From contig OZ245817.1 in the NCBI GenBank assembly GCA_965228475.1, positions 4,480,001 through 4,544,000 on the forward strand: a DNA stretch of 64,000 bases. The letters run 5' to 3'. The stretch is from Myxococcota bacterium (lineage in GTDB: Bacteria > Myxococcota_A > UBA9160 > JAFDDA01). Position 1 is the stretch's first letter. Each line of letters opens with the position of its first letter. Below the pieces are notes generated by a model that did not search any database, had not been told where the DNA came from, and saw only the letters and a list, made by a program, of their open reading frames with translations. Positions 28,511 to 40,735 of this stretch are shown here, piece by piece. Position numbers and translations under genes: made by a program.

Positions 28511-30067
28511 CTAGCGGGCAAGTGCCTTGAAGGCCGCGCGCCAACGGTCCGCTTCGGCCTGGGCCGCGCGGCCCGCCCCCGTGCGCGGGCCGTACAGGCG
28601 GGCGGCGCTCTCCATCATCGCCACCGCCTCCGCCGCGCGCTCGTTGCGCAGCAGGACGATCGCGCAGAGACGCGCGACGTCGCCGAGGTTGCGATCCTCG
28701 CCGATGGCCGCGAGCAGCGTCGCACGCGCGGCGAAGCGCGACTGCTGCGCCTCCCGGGTGGCAGCACGGATCCCGGCGTTGCGGATCTTCAAGTTGGCAT
28801 CGAGCCCCGCCGCGAGCGCGGCGACGAGCGCCTCCTCGTCGACCTCCTCGAGGACGTCCCGCTCGAGCCCGGCCCGGCTGAAGCCCCTCTGCCGCGTGAC
28901 GCCGACGATGGCCGCGTTGTAGCGATCGAGGCGCCAGACACCACCGGCGGGGTTCATGAGGGAAGGGACGGAATCGTCGAGATGGATTCCGCCGTAGAGG
29001 TGCAGGATCTCGTGGGCCAGCGTGCGTCCTTCGCGGTCCGCCGGGTCGAGGCGCACGACGAGCTCGCGCCCGAGATAGTTCGCCTGACCGAGCCGGCGGG
29101 CATTGGCCGTCCGCGGGGACTTCCGGCGCGTGAAGCCGGCCACGATCCCGCGCGGCGGCCCCGCGCCGACGCTCCGGCGCAGGGACTCATGGATCGAAGC
29201 GAGCGCGTCCGAGGCGCCCGCGCTCGAGAAACCCCGGAAGGAAACCGGGATGAACTGGGTTCCGAGCAGCGGACCGAGCCCGCGCGCGGCGCGGCTCAAG
29301 GCGAAGCGCAGCTCGAACCGCCAGCCTTCCCGGGCCCGAACCGTCTCGTCCGCGTAGACGTGGACCGGGACCAGCCGGTTCGGGACGTCCTCATCGCCGA
29401 GCTCCGCCAGGAAGGCGAGTGCGAGCGCCCCGGTGCCCGGCCGGAGGTCCGCCATCAGGAGGGCCATCAGGGCCTGGTGCTTCGCCGGTTCGCGCTCCCC
29501 GCCGGCGAGACTCGCCCGCGCCGCGTCGAGCTGCGCGCGGGGGTCGTAGGGGTGTGCTGCGGCCAGGGCCTGTACGGCCTGCGGAGTGGAAGACGACGGC
29601 TCCCGGGCGAGGCCGGTCAGCGCGAAGCGGCGGGCGTTCACCACCGGGTCGAGGGGCGAAGCCGCGAGCGCGGCGTCCAGGTGTGCGCGCGCCTCGGCCC
29701 GGCCCCCGTCGGCGACCGCGAGCTCCGCCAGGCCGAGACGCGCGCGGCGCTGGCCGGGAGCCCGCTCGACGGCGGCCAGGAAGGAAGCCCGCGCCGCCGC
29801 GGGGTCGCCCTCCGCGAGCGCGACGGCGCCGAGGCCGGCGTGGGCCGCGGCCGAGCCTTCGTTCTGGGCGAGGACCCGGGCGAAGCGGTCGCGCGCGTTG
29901 CGGAGGTCGCCTCCGGCGAGGGCGCGCTCGGCGAGCTTCAAGAGCTGGGTCTCGAAATCGCTCGCGGCGCCGGCTGGGCCCGGCACGGCGAGCCCAGCCA
30001 CGACGGCAATGGCAACGGCGAAGACGACCGCCGCTGCACGCCAGACCGGGGGGAGGATCCGCGAGAT
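28511..30067 (-). CDS. Secreted TPR-repeat protein with metzincin-type zinc protease motif (start uncertain; GTG 30001 possible)
   Basis: Signal-like hydrophobic stretch; TPR-like repeats (AHAGLGAVAL, ARLGLAELA); HEILHLYGGIH and SLMNP Met-turn. Confidence 0.7.
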   Translation of the reverse strand: MSRILPPVWRAAAVVFAVAIAVVAGLAVPGPAGAASDFETQLLKLAERALAGGDLRNARDRFARVLAQNEGSAAAHAGLGAVALAEGDPAAARASFLAAVERAPGQRRARLGLAELAVADGGRAEARAHLDAALAASPLDPVVNARRFALTGLAREPSSSTPQAVQALAAAHPYDPRAQLDAARASLAGGEREPAKHQALMALLMADLRPGTGALALAFLAELGDEDVPNRLVPVHVYADETVRAREGWRFELRFALSRAARGLGPLLGTQFIPVSFRGFSSAGASDALASIHESLRRSVGAGPPRGIVAGFTRRKSPRTANARRLGQANYLGRELVVRLDPADREGRTLAHEILHLYGGIHLDDSVPSLMNPAGGVWRLDRYNAAIVGVTRQRGFSRAGLERDVLEEVDEEALVAALAAGLDANLKIRNAGIRAATREAQQSRFAARATLLAAIGEDRNLGDVARLCAIVLLRNERAAEAVAMMESAARLYGPRTGAGRAAQAEADRWRAAFKALAR

Positions 30068-30069
30068 GG

Positions 30070-32889
<2,820 letters not shown>

Positions 32890-33101
32890 GACGCGCCGAT
32901 CCCCTCTCGTTCGTCTTCCCGGGCAAACTAACCCATCGGTTCGGCCGGGCGCTGGCTCAAGGCACCCCGCCCTGGTGGGTTCCCCGGACGGCCACGGGGG
33001 TTTCCCGGGCGGCTCTCGCGGCCCCCTGGAATGGACGTCGACAGGGCCGCTCGGGTTCAGTGTAGACTGGGCGGAACGAGCACGCGTGAGGAGGACCGAC
33101 C

Positions 33102-33656
33102 ATGATGCTCCGAACCCTCGCCGCCGCCGCCGCTCTCTCGCTCCCCCTGGCCTGCGGACCCGACCCCGAACGAAGCGAAGCCGACGCCCTGCCCGACGTC
33201 GCGGCGGCCCCGGCGCCCTTCTCGGGCACCTTCCGCGTCAGCGGGCGGACCATCGACGAAGCGAGCGGTGCCGCCCGGGACATCGCCGGCACCATCGTCC
33301 TGGCCCAGGAGGGCGAGAACTACACGGCGAGCTTCGAGCTCGAGACGCTCTTCCCGACCCCCGACGGCAGCGCCACCGAGGCCCAGGTGGTCGGAACCGG
33401 CAAGGGTCAGCTCGAGAGCGGAGAGCTCGTCGGGACGGCCGAGACCCAGATCATCCTGGCCCAGGTGCCGGGGGTGGACGCGGACTTCGCCTTCCTGCCC
33501 CGACAGTACGGCCCCCGCATCACCTCGGAGTCCCGGACCCGGGTGAACCGCGACGGGTCGCTGACGATCGAGATCCAGAGCCGGGCCGCCGAAGGCGAGA
33601 GCTACCGCGCCACGCGGACCACCGTCCGCGGCACGCGGATCTCGCCGAGCCGCTAG
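33102..33656 (+). CDS. Hypothetical lipoprotein
   Basis: PLAC lipobox; GAGGAGG SD; beta-rich body. Confidence 0.75.
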   Translation: MMLRTLAAAAALSLPLACGPDPERSEADALPDVAAAPAPFSGTFRVSGRTIDEASGAARDIAGTIVLAQEGENYTASFELETLFPTPDGSATEAQVVGTGKGQLESGELVGTAETQIILAQVPGVDADFAFLPRQYGPRITSESRTRVNRDGSLTIEIQSRAAEGESYRATRTTVRGTRISPSR

Positions 33657-33678
33657 CCGGGCTCGCCGGGCAGGACGG

Positions 33679-34890
33679 TCAGCCCTCCGCGAGGAGGGCG
33701 TCGATCTCGGACTCGCCGAGGCCGGCCTCCGCGAGCACGGCCCGGGTGTCGGCTCCGAGCGGCGAGGCGGCCGCCGGGCGCCGCAGGTCGTGGCCGTCGA
33801 TGCGGATCGGGCAGGTGATCGTCTCGAAGCGCCCGGCCTCGGCGTGCTCGAGCTCGTGGAAGTAGCCGTGCTCCCGGGCGCTCGGGTCGTTCGGGACCTC
33901 GTCGATCCGCTTGACCGGCGCCCAGATCAGCCGGGCCTCGCCGAGCACCTTCTCCCACTCCTCGAGGGTCCGCTTCACGAAGGTGGTCTCGAGCTCCGTC
34001 ACCAGCTCCGCGGCGTTGGCCGTGCGCGCCCAGCCGTCCGCGAAGCGCTCGTCGGCGAGGAGGTCCTCCCGGCCGATGGCCCGACAGAACGTGTCCCAAT
34101 AGCGGTCCGGCTCGATCATGCAGAGCATGAGCCAGCGGTCCTCCCCCGCGACGGGGTAGGTGTTCCAGAGCGGGTTGGTCGGCGCCTTGCGATCGTGGCG
34201 CTTCGGGGCCTGGCCGGTCACGAGCGAGTTCGCGGCGTCGTTGCCGAGGATGTGCAGGGCGGTGTTGCGCAGGGAGACGTCGACGTAGGTGCCCTTCCCC
34301 GTCCGCTCGCGCTCGCGCAGTGCCGCGAGCACGCCGACCACGAGGTTGCTCGCCGCCGCGTGGTCGCCGATTCCGGGCCGCTGCATCGAAGGCGGAACGC
34401 CCTCGTCCCGGATCAGGTCCATCAGCCCGCCGCGGGCCCAGTACGCCGTGTAGTCGAAGGCCGGCTCGTTCTCGCGCGGCCCGCCGAGGCCGTACCCGCT
34501 GATGCCGCCGATCACGAGGGAGGGCTTTCGCGCGAGGAGCGTCTCGTGGTCGAGCCCGTACTTGCGGCGACGCTCGGGCAGGAGGTTCGTGATCATCACG
34601 TCGGCGTCGTCGATCACCCGAAGCAGGGCCTCGCGCACGTCGGCGCGCCGCAGGTCGAGGGCGACGGAGCGCTTGCCGCGGTTGTCCATCTGGAACGCCG
34701 GGGATTCCGGGAAGTCCGAATCGAAGCCCTGGAAGGCGGGCCGGCCCTTGCGGTAGATCTCGCCGTTCGGGACCTCGACCTTCACGACGTTGGCGCCGAG
34801 ATCCGCGAGCATCGCGCCCGCCGCCGGGACGGCGACGAAGCTCGCCACCTCGACGACGCGAAGATCGGAAAGCAGGCCGGTCGAACTCAT
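33679..34890 (-). CDS. CaiB/BaiF family (class III) CoA-transferase
   Basis: LADLGANVVKVE, NRGKRSVALDL, ISGYG, PAFD, GTYVDVSL. Confidence 0.92.
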   Translation of the reverse strand: MSSTGLLSDLRVVEVASFVAVPAAGAMLADLGANVVKVEVPNGEIYRKGRPAFQGFDSDFPESPAFQMDNRGKRSVALDLRRADVREALLRVIDDADVMITNLLPERRRKYGLDHETLLARKPSLVIGGISGYGLGGPRENEPAFDYTAYWARGGLMDLIRDEGVPPSMQRPGIGDHAAASNLVVGVLAALRERERTGKGTYVDVSLRNTALHILGNDAANSLVTGQAPKRHDRKAPTNPLWNTYPVAGEDRWLMLCMIEPDRYWDTFCRAIGREDLLADERFADGWARTANAAELVTELETTFVKRTLEEWEKVLGEARLIWAPVKRIDEVPNDPSAREHGYFHELEHAEAGRFETITCPIRIDGHDLRRPAAASPLGADTRAVLAEAGLGESEIDALLAEG

Positions 34891-35957
34891 GCAGCACCTC
34901 CTTGGCTCGAAGCGGGCTCCCATTCTACCCATGCGCCGTGGTGCTGTGCGCGCCCGAGCAGGCGATCCTCTCCGCCGGGCCACGTCCGCAGGCGGATCTC
35001 GACGTACTTCATGTGGGGCGGCTCGCTGCGCAGCCAGGCGAGCGGCGCCCGCGGCGTCGCCCGGGCGCCGGCGGCCTCCACGGCCGCCCGGATGCGCTCC
35101 TGTTCGGGGCGCGGGACGTACCACCACATGGTCGAGTGGTGAAGCACCGTCGCCTGGCCCTCGGGGAGCTCCGCCAGCTCGCGCTCGACGAAGTCGCCCG
35201 CGAAGGCCTCCTCGATGGGCGCCGGGCCGGGCAGCGCCTTCGCGGCGCCGTCCAGGAGCGCCAGGCGATCGGTCTGGTCGGCCCAATAGAAGCTCTGAAT
35301 GAAGCGGAGCTGCTCGGGATCCGTCGCGTCGATGGGCGCGAGGTCGCAACCCTTGCGCGAGGCGATCTCGACCGGCGTGTCGAGCGCCGGCGCGGGCCCG
35401 CTCCAATCGCAGGCGAGAACGAGCGGCGCCTTCGGATCGCCCCAGCGGTGGGGACCGAGTTCGTAGCGATAGCGATCCCAGTACAGGATCAGGCCGGCGC
35501 TGCTCCCGATCTCCCGCAGCCGGAGCGGGAGTCCGGTCTCGCGCGCCACCTGGAGAAAGCCCCCGAGCAGACCGCAGCAGCGGCGCACCTCGTTCGTCTG
35601 CACCTGGCGCTTCATGCGCGGCGCGATGTCTTCGAGGTGTTCGTCCATGGCCGCGATGAAGGCGTCGCCGAGCTCCGGCCAGCGCGGCGTGCCGCCGCCG
35701 AAGGGGTGGAAGCGCGCGAGCTCCGGGGCCTTGCCTTCGAGCAACAGGCCCTGCACCGCGCCGAGCACGCGCTGGGGCATGGCGTCCAGGACGGGATGGC
35801 CATCGAAGTGCTCGAGCAGACGCTCGGTGGGCCCGTGCGCAGCGAGGTCGTCCGCGCAGCGCTCCATCAGCCGCCCGGCGATCCCGGACGTCTCCGCCGA
35901 GGTGACGGCCTGCTGGCGAAGCGCACCCAGGAGGGCCTCGAAGCGTTCCGGGGACAT
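34887..35957 (-). CDS. DUF2332 family protein
   Basis: QTNEVRR, EIGSSAGL, GCDLAPID, HHGAWVEW. Confidence 0.85.
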   Translation of the reverse strand: MSPERFEALLGALRQQAVTSAETSGIAGRLMERCADDLAAHGPTERLLEHFDGHPVLDAMPQRVLGAVQGLLLEGKAPELARFHPFGGGTPRWPELGDAFIAAMDEHLEDIAPRMKRQVQTNEVRRCCGLLGGFLQVARETGLPLRLREIGSSAGLILYWDRYRYELGPHRWGDPKAPLVLACDWSGPAPALDTPVEIASRKGCDLAPIDATDPEQLRFIQSFYWADQTDRLALLDGAAKALPGPAPIEEAFAGDFVERELAELPEGQATVLHHSTMWWYVPRPEQERIRAAVEAAGARATPRAPLAWLRSEPPHMKYVEIRLRTWPGGEDRLLGRAQHHGAWVEWEPASSQGGAA

Positions 35958-36310
35958 CAGGGGGCGGGAGCCAGGACTGCGAGAACGAGCAGGCGGCCGG
36001 CGCCACTGTTCCGGATGCCGTGGGGCACGCCCTCGGGCGCGACCAGCATCACGCCGGCGGACATGGGCACCTCCTCGCCCTCGAGCAGGAAGATGCCCTC
36101 GCCTTCGAGGACGTGATAAACCTTGTCCATCCCTTCGTGGGAGTGGAGCGCGTGCTCCTGCCCCGGCTCGAAGGCGTTCAGGCCGACCATCACCCGGTCG
36201 GACCGGAAGATCGTGGCCTTGCCCATCTTCTCCGGGTTGTAGACCGCGTAGCGTTCCGGGCGAAGAGGGACGGGATGGTTCGCGGGGGGATCGAGGGGTT
36301 GGTCCGCCAT
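35957..36310 (-). CDS. Cupin domain protein
   Basis: HSHEGMDKVYHVLEGEG...PEGVPHGIRN. Confidence 0.85.
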   Translation of the reverse strand: MADQPLDPPANHPVPLRPERYAVYNPEKMGKATIFRSDRVMVGLNAFEPGQEHALHSHEGMDKVYHVLEGEGIFLLEGEEVPMSAGVMLVAPEGVPHGIRNSGAGRLLVLAVLAPAP

Positions 36311-36344
36311 GGCGACGATGTTATCGCGCGAGCCCGAACCGGCC

Positions 36345-37241
36345 ATGACGCTCGAGGAGTGGCGCGCGGCCGGCGCCGAGTTCCGCTTCAACGGCCGCCG
36401 CATCTTCTACGCGAGCGAGGGCCTCGGTGCCCAGGGCGAGGCCCTCGTCCTGGTCCACGGTTTCCCGACGGCGTCCTGGGATTGGCACCGCGTGTGGGGT
36501 CCGCTCGCGGACCGCTTCCGCGTGATCGCGCCGGACATGCTCGGCTTCGGGTTCAGCGAGAAGCCGGACCCGCACGTCTACTCCATCGCCGAGCAGGCCG
36601 ATCTCCACGAAGACCTGCTCGACCTCCTCGCCGTCGACCGCGTCCACATCCTCGCGCACGACTACGGGGATACCGTGACCCAGGAGTGGCTCGCGCGCGC
36701 CGTCGAGGGAACGGCCCGGCAGAAGATCCAATCGGTGTGCCTGCTGAACGGCGGGCTCTTCCCGGAGGTCCACCGCCCCCGCTTCGTCCAGAAACTCCTC
36801 GCCGGGCGCTTCGGGCCCTGGTTCTCGAAGCTCAGCAACGAGCGGGGCTTCGCGCGCAGCTTCTCGGCCGTCTTCGCCGAGGACACGCGGCCGACGCGCG
36901 CCGAGCTGCGCGACTTCTGGCGCCTGCTCACGGAGAACGACGGCCACCGCATCGGACACCTGCTGATCCGCTACCTCGAGGAGCGTGAGACGAACCGCGA
37001 GCGCTGGGTGGGGGCTCTCGTCGAGGCGAAGCAGCACGGCATCCCGCTGCGCTTCGTCAACGGCGCCGAGGACCCGGTCTCCGGCGCCCACATGCTCACG
37101 CGCTATCGCGCCGTGGTGCCCGACGCCGACTGGATTTCCCTCGACGCCATCGGCCACTATCCCCAGGTCGAGAGCCCGAAGGGCGTGCTGCGCGCGTACT
37201 TCGGCTTCTTGCGCCGCCACGGATTCCTACCCGAGGAGTAG
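36345..37241 (+). CDS. Alpha/beta hydrolase (MEST/epoxide hydrolase-like)
   Basis: HGFPTAS, HDYG nucleophile Asp, DPVSG, GHYPQVE. Confidence 0.88.
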   Translation: MTLEEWRAAGAEFRFNGRRIFYASEGLGAQGEALVLVHGFPTASWDWHRVWGPLADRFRVIAPDMLGFGFSEKPDPHVYSIAEQADLHEDLLDLLAVDRVHILAHDYGDTVTQEWLARAVEGTARQKIQSVCLLNGGLFPEVHRPRFVQKLLAGRFGPWFSKLSNERGFARSFSAVFAEDTRPTRAELRDFWRLLTENDGHRIGHLLIRYLEERETNRERWVGALVEAKQHGIPLRFVNGAEDPVSGAHMLTRYRAVVPDADWISLDAIGHYPQVESPKGVLRAYFGFLRRHGFLPEE

Positions 37242-37249
37242 AACGCCCC

Positions 37250-37630
37250 ATGGAACCCACCCTGCTCTTGACCTGCGCCGCGATCGGATTCTTCGCCGGA
37301 GGCATCGGCGGCCTGCTCGGCGTCGGCGGCGGCATCATCATGGTGCCGGCCTTCATCCGCTTCCTCGACCTGCCCGCTTCCCATGCCGTGGCGACCTCCA
37401 TCACGGTGATCGTCTTCATCTCGCTCTCGGCGGCGCTGAAGCATCACCAGCAGGGCAGCACGCAGTGGGGGATCGTCGCCCTGGTCGTGGTGACCTCCGT
37501 GGTGGGGAGCTGGCTCGGGGCGGCCTTCACCGACGACGTGCCCGAGCGCACGCTGCGCCTCGGCTTCGCCGCCTTCCTCATGGTCGTCTCCCTCGACATG
37601 GCCAGCCGGGCCTGGAAGCTCCCGCACTAG
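37250..37630 (+). CDS. TauE/SafE (TSUP) family permease, half-size
   Basis: GGLLGVGGGIIMVP, AVATS; 126 aa, ~4 TM. Confidence 0.8.
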   Translation: MEPTLLLTCAAIGFFAGGIGGLLGVGGGIIMVPAFIRFLDLPASHAVATSITVIVFISLSAALKHHQQGSTQWGIVALVVVTSVVGSWLGAAFTDDVPERTLRLGFAAFLMVVSLDMASRAWKLPH

Positions 37631-37640
37631 CGACGCGTTC

Positions 37641-38225
37641 TCAGGAGGGACAGGGCGGCAGGCTCAGGGCGACGATGTCCGGCTTCGCATCCTCGTCGAA
37701 CATGCCGATCACCGTGGCGAAGCGCTGCACGGCGTAGACCTCGTGGCGCGCGCGGTGGGCCCGGTTGATGACGTCGCGGTCGTCGTGTCGTTCGGGCTGC
37801 ACGCAGGTGACGCTGCCCTTCCGCAGCATCTCGAGCTTCGCACCCGCGAGGCCGTGCGCCTCTTCCTTGGTGCCGGGCATCGTCACCCAGGGCGTGCCCT
37901 CGATGTCGACGACCCAGAGGCGGAGGTCTTCCGTCGGCGCCTTCAGGACGATCACCTCTTCGAGTTCGGACATCACCGCGTAGGCCGCCAGGAAGAACAC
38001 CACCGGCGTGACCAGGAGCGCCAGCATCCGTCCGGTGCGATGGCGGCCGATCATCAGCCAGGCACCGAGCGCGAGGGCGCCGAGGCCACCCAGGAGGTTC
38101 CCGCCTTCGGGCCAGTCGTAGGGGCCCGCGTGCTGCAATCGGACCAGGAAGACCGCCACCCCGAGCGCCAGCATCAGACTTCCGAGGGGCCGCGCCAGGC
38201 GACCGGCGACACCGCTTTCACTCAT
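37641..38225 (-). CDS. Hypothetical membrane protein
   Basis: Three N-terminal TM segments and soluble C-terminus (LRLWVVD); overlaps the upstream gene's stop. Confidence 0.7.
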   Translation of the reverse strand: MSESGVAGRLARPLGSLMLALGVAVFLVRLQHAGPYDWPEGGNLLGGLGALALGAWLMIGRHRTGRMLALLVTPVVFFLAAYAVMSELEEVIVLKAPTEDLRLWVVDIEGTPWVTMPGTKEEAHGLAGAKLEMLRKGSVTCVQPERHDDRDVINRAHRARHEVYAVQRFATVIGMFDEDAKPDIVALSLPPCPS

Positions 38226-38820
38226 CTCGTTTCTCCCGTTCTTCTTTCGTGGGCGCGGCGTCCTCGCCCCGGCGAAGAGCCAGGGCGTGGAAGGCCGAGG
38301 GTACGTCGTGATGGCACTTCGTGAGAAGGGCCGTGATGGCGAGCTGATCGATGGCGCAGACGACGAGAAAGAGCGCCGCGAAGCGGAAAACGGCGGGCTG
38401 GTCGAAGAGCAGGAGGAGCGGGACGCCCACGCCCATGAGCACGGCGTCGAGCTTCGCGGCGAGGGTGTGGAAGCCCGGGACTTCGCCGTAGCGGACGGTG
38501 GCGATGGCGGTCGGCGCGAGCAGGCAGACGAGCGCGAGCGCGACGTAGCCCGCCTCGCGCCGCACGATCTCCGGCCAGAGCCAGTAGGCCGCGAGCGGGA
38601 AGGAGGCCCAGATCGCGAAGTCGGCCCACTGGTCGAGCCGCGCGCCGAACTCCGACTCGAGGCCGTAGCGCCGCGCGACGACGCCATCGAGCACGTCCGA
38701 GAGCAATGCGAGGGCGAACAGCGCGAGGAACGGCGCCATCGCGCCCGTCCACGCGAGCCAGAGCAGCACGGGCGCGCTCGCCAACCGGAAGCTGCTCAAG
38801 GCGTTCGGAACTCGCGACAT
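38218..38820 (-). CDS. CDP-alcohol phosphatidyltransferase family protein
   Basis: PNALSSFR; DVLDGVVARRYGLESEFGARLDQWAD signature. Confidence 0.9.
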   Translation of the reverse strand: MSRVPNALSSFRLASAPVLLWLAWTGAMAPFLALFALALLSDVLDGVVARRYGLESEFGARLDQWADFAIWASFPLAAYWLWPEIVRREAGYVALALVCLLAPTAIATVRYGEVPGFHTLAAKLDAVLMGVGVPLLLLFDQPAVFRFAALFLVVCAIDQLAITALLTKCHHDVPSAFHALALRRGEDAAPTKEEREKRDE

Positions 38821-38822
38821 CC

Positions 38823-39227
38823 CTAGGCCTCTTGGCGGACGCTTCGCATCGCCCGGCCGAGGGCCGCCAGGGCGAAACCGGGGAGCGAGAAGGCCAGGGC
38901 CATCGCAACGCCCGCGCGCCAACCGTAGCCACTCGGGCTGACCTCACTCCAGACGAGGTGGCTCAGTGCGACGTAGAAGGCGTAGACCGTGGCCGCGGGG
39001 AGGATCCAGGGGCGCTCGGCCCAGAAGGCCCAGGCCGCGACGGAGAAGATTGCCCAGTGCAAGGGCGCCGTGGCGATCGCCCAGAAGCCTCGGACCTCGA
39101 AGCCGAACCAGACCTCGACCTCGCGCACCTCGGGCAGGAACAGGTCGCGGTAAACGAGGAAGACGACCGTCGCGGCGCAGAAGACGGCCAGGGCGCGCAT
39201 CCAACCGCGCGCCGCGCGCGGCGTCAC
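38823..39227 (-). CDS. Hypothetical membrane protein
   Basis: Four hydrophobic segments, EVWFGFE; GTGA overlap with the GGT stop (ATG 39200 alternative). Confidence 0.7.
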   Translation of the reverse strand: MTPRAARGWMRALAVFCAATVVFLVYRDLFLPEVREVEVWFGFEVRGFWAIATAPLHWAIFSVAAWAFWAERPWILPAATVYAFYVALSHLVWSEVSPSGYGWRAGVAMALAFSLPGFALAALGRAMRSVRQEA

Positions 39228-40735
39228 CGCACTTCCATCGCGCTGCCACCGCGGCGCGGGTCGCCCGCACCGTCGCGCCCGGGCTCGACGGCATGGACGC
39301 CGCCGAAGTAGACGTCGCGCTCCGGCCAGGCGTTCAGCGGTCCGAGCCCCGCGACGAGCCGCGCGGCCTCCGCGTCGACCGCCTCCGGCTCCGCCTGGAT
39401 CCGCTCGCCGTCCCAGTGCACGCGCGGCGCCTCGACGGCGTCCCGCGCGGACAGTCCGAAGTCGACCACGCTCGAGAGCACCTGGAAGATGGCCGTGCGG
39501 ATGCGCTTGCTGCCTCCGCTCCCGACGACGAGCCGCACGCGATCGTCTTCGAGCAGGACGCTCGGCGCCATCATCGATGCGACGCGCTCTCCGGGCGGGC
39601 TCGCGTGGAACCCGTCCGGGTGGAGATCGTCCTCTCCGAGCATGTTGTTCAGCATGATGCCCGTCCCGGGGACCACGTAGCCGGAACCCTCGCCGTTGCT
39701 CGTCGTCAAGCTCGCGACGTTGCCCTCGCGGTCGGCGACGGAGACGTGGGTGGTCCCGCGCTGGAACCGTCGGACGCGGCCCGTACCGCCTTCGAGCGCG
39801 ACGGCATCGGTCGAGAACGAGGGCACCTCGCCGGCCGCCCGCAGGCTCTCGACCTCCTGCATCACCGAGATCCACGCAGCGAGGTGTTCCGGGGAACCGA
39901 AGCGCACTCCGGCGAGGTCGATCTTCTCGAGCAGCGAGAAGGAAAGCGCGATGAGCGCCCCGCCGAGCGAAGGCGGCGGGTTCGTCAACACGCGCTGTCC
40001 ACGGTACTCGAACGAGAGAGGCTCCCGCGCGATCACGCGGTACGCCGACAGGTCCTCCCGTGTGACCAGGCCCGCTCCGCCATCCATGTCCTCGACCAGC
40101 CGCTCGGCCGTCACGCCTTCGTAGAAGCGCGAGCCGAGATCCTCCGGCAGGTTCTCGAGCGTCTCGGCCAGATCGGGATTGCACAGGAGCTCGCCTTCGG
40201 CGGGCGTGCGCCCCTTCGGCGCGAAGATCGCCGCGGCGCCGGGCGTCAGCGTGAGGATCGGCGCGAGGAGCGAGAGGAAGTACGCCTGGCGCGCGTTCAC
40301 CGGGACGCCCTCCCGGGCGAGCCGGACCGCCGGCGCGACGACCGACCGCAGCGAGAGCCGGCCGAGGGTTTCGTGGACCTGGAGGAATCCGGCGAGGTTG
40401 CCCGGAACGGCCACCGAACCGAGCCCCACGTTGAAGGTCTGCTCGGAGGCGGGGAACCGGAGGGTCACGGGGACGAAGTGGGGCTCGACGTCGGCCAGGG
40501 CCCGGCCACGCCCCGGAGTGTCGACGAAGAAATCGTAGACGCGGGCCCGGCCGTCGGCGGTGCGCGCCAGGAGGAAGCCACCGCCGCCGAGGCTCGTCAG
40601 CGCCGGCTCGGCCGCGGCGGCCGCGAAGCCCGCCGCCACCGCCGCATCGAAGGCGTTGCCGCCGGCCGAGAGGATCTCGGCCGCCGCCGCCGTGACGAGG
40701 GGGTGTCCGCTCGCGACCCGCCCGGAGCCGCCCAT
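39224..40735 (-). CDS. ggt: Gamma-glutamyltransferase family (Ntn-hydrolase)
   Basis: GGNAFDAAVAA, SLGGGGF, GTTHVSVAD (catalytic Thr), LNNMLGE, SMMAP, DPRRGG. Confidence 0.9.
   Translation of the reverse strand: MGGSGRVASGHPLVTAAAAEILSAGGNAFDAAVAAGFAAAAAEPALTSLGGGGFLLARTADGRARVYDFFVDTPGRGRALADVEPHFVPVTLRFPASEQTFNVGLGSVAVPGNLAGFLQVHETLGRLSLRSVVAPAVRLAREGVPVNARQAYFLSLLAPILTLTPGAAAIFAPKGRTPAEGELLCNPDLAETLENLPEDLGSRFYEGVTAERLVEDMDGGAGLVTREDLSAYRVIAREPLSFEYRGQRVLTNPPPSLGGALIALSFSLLEKIDLAGVRFGSPEHLAAWISVMQEVESLRAAGEVPSFSTDAVALEGGTGRVRRFQRGTTHVSVADREGNVASLTTSNGEGSGYVVPGTGIMLNNMLGEDDLHPDGFHASPPGERVASMMAPSVLLEDDRVRLVVGSGGSKRIRTAIFQVLSSVVDFGLSARDAVEAPRVHWDGERIQAEPEAVDAEAARLVAGLGPLNAWPERDVYFGGVHAVEPGRDGAGDPRRGGSAMEVR

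Noticed and set aside
32890..33101. Extra sigma28-like sites or a regulatory RNA upstream of sucA
   Set aside because: TCAAG and CCGAT occur but on opposite strands, not in the N16 arrangement; no recognisable RNA motif
36306..36312. Divergent genes sharing one CCATGG start palindrome
   Set aside because: The hydrolase more plausibly starts at ATG 36345, so the overlap is probably an ORF-caller artefact
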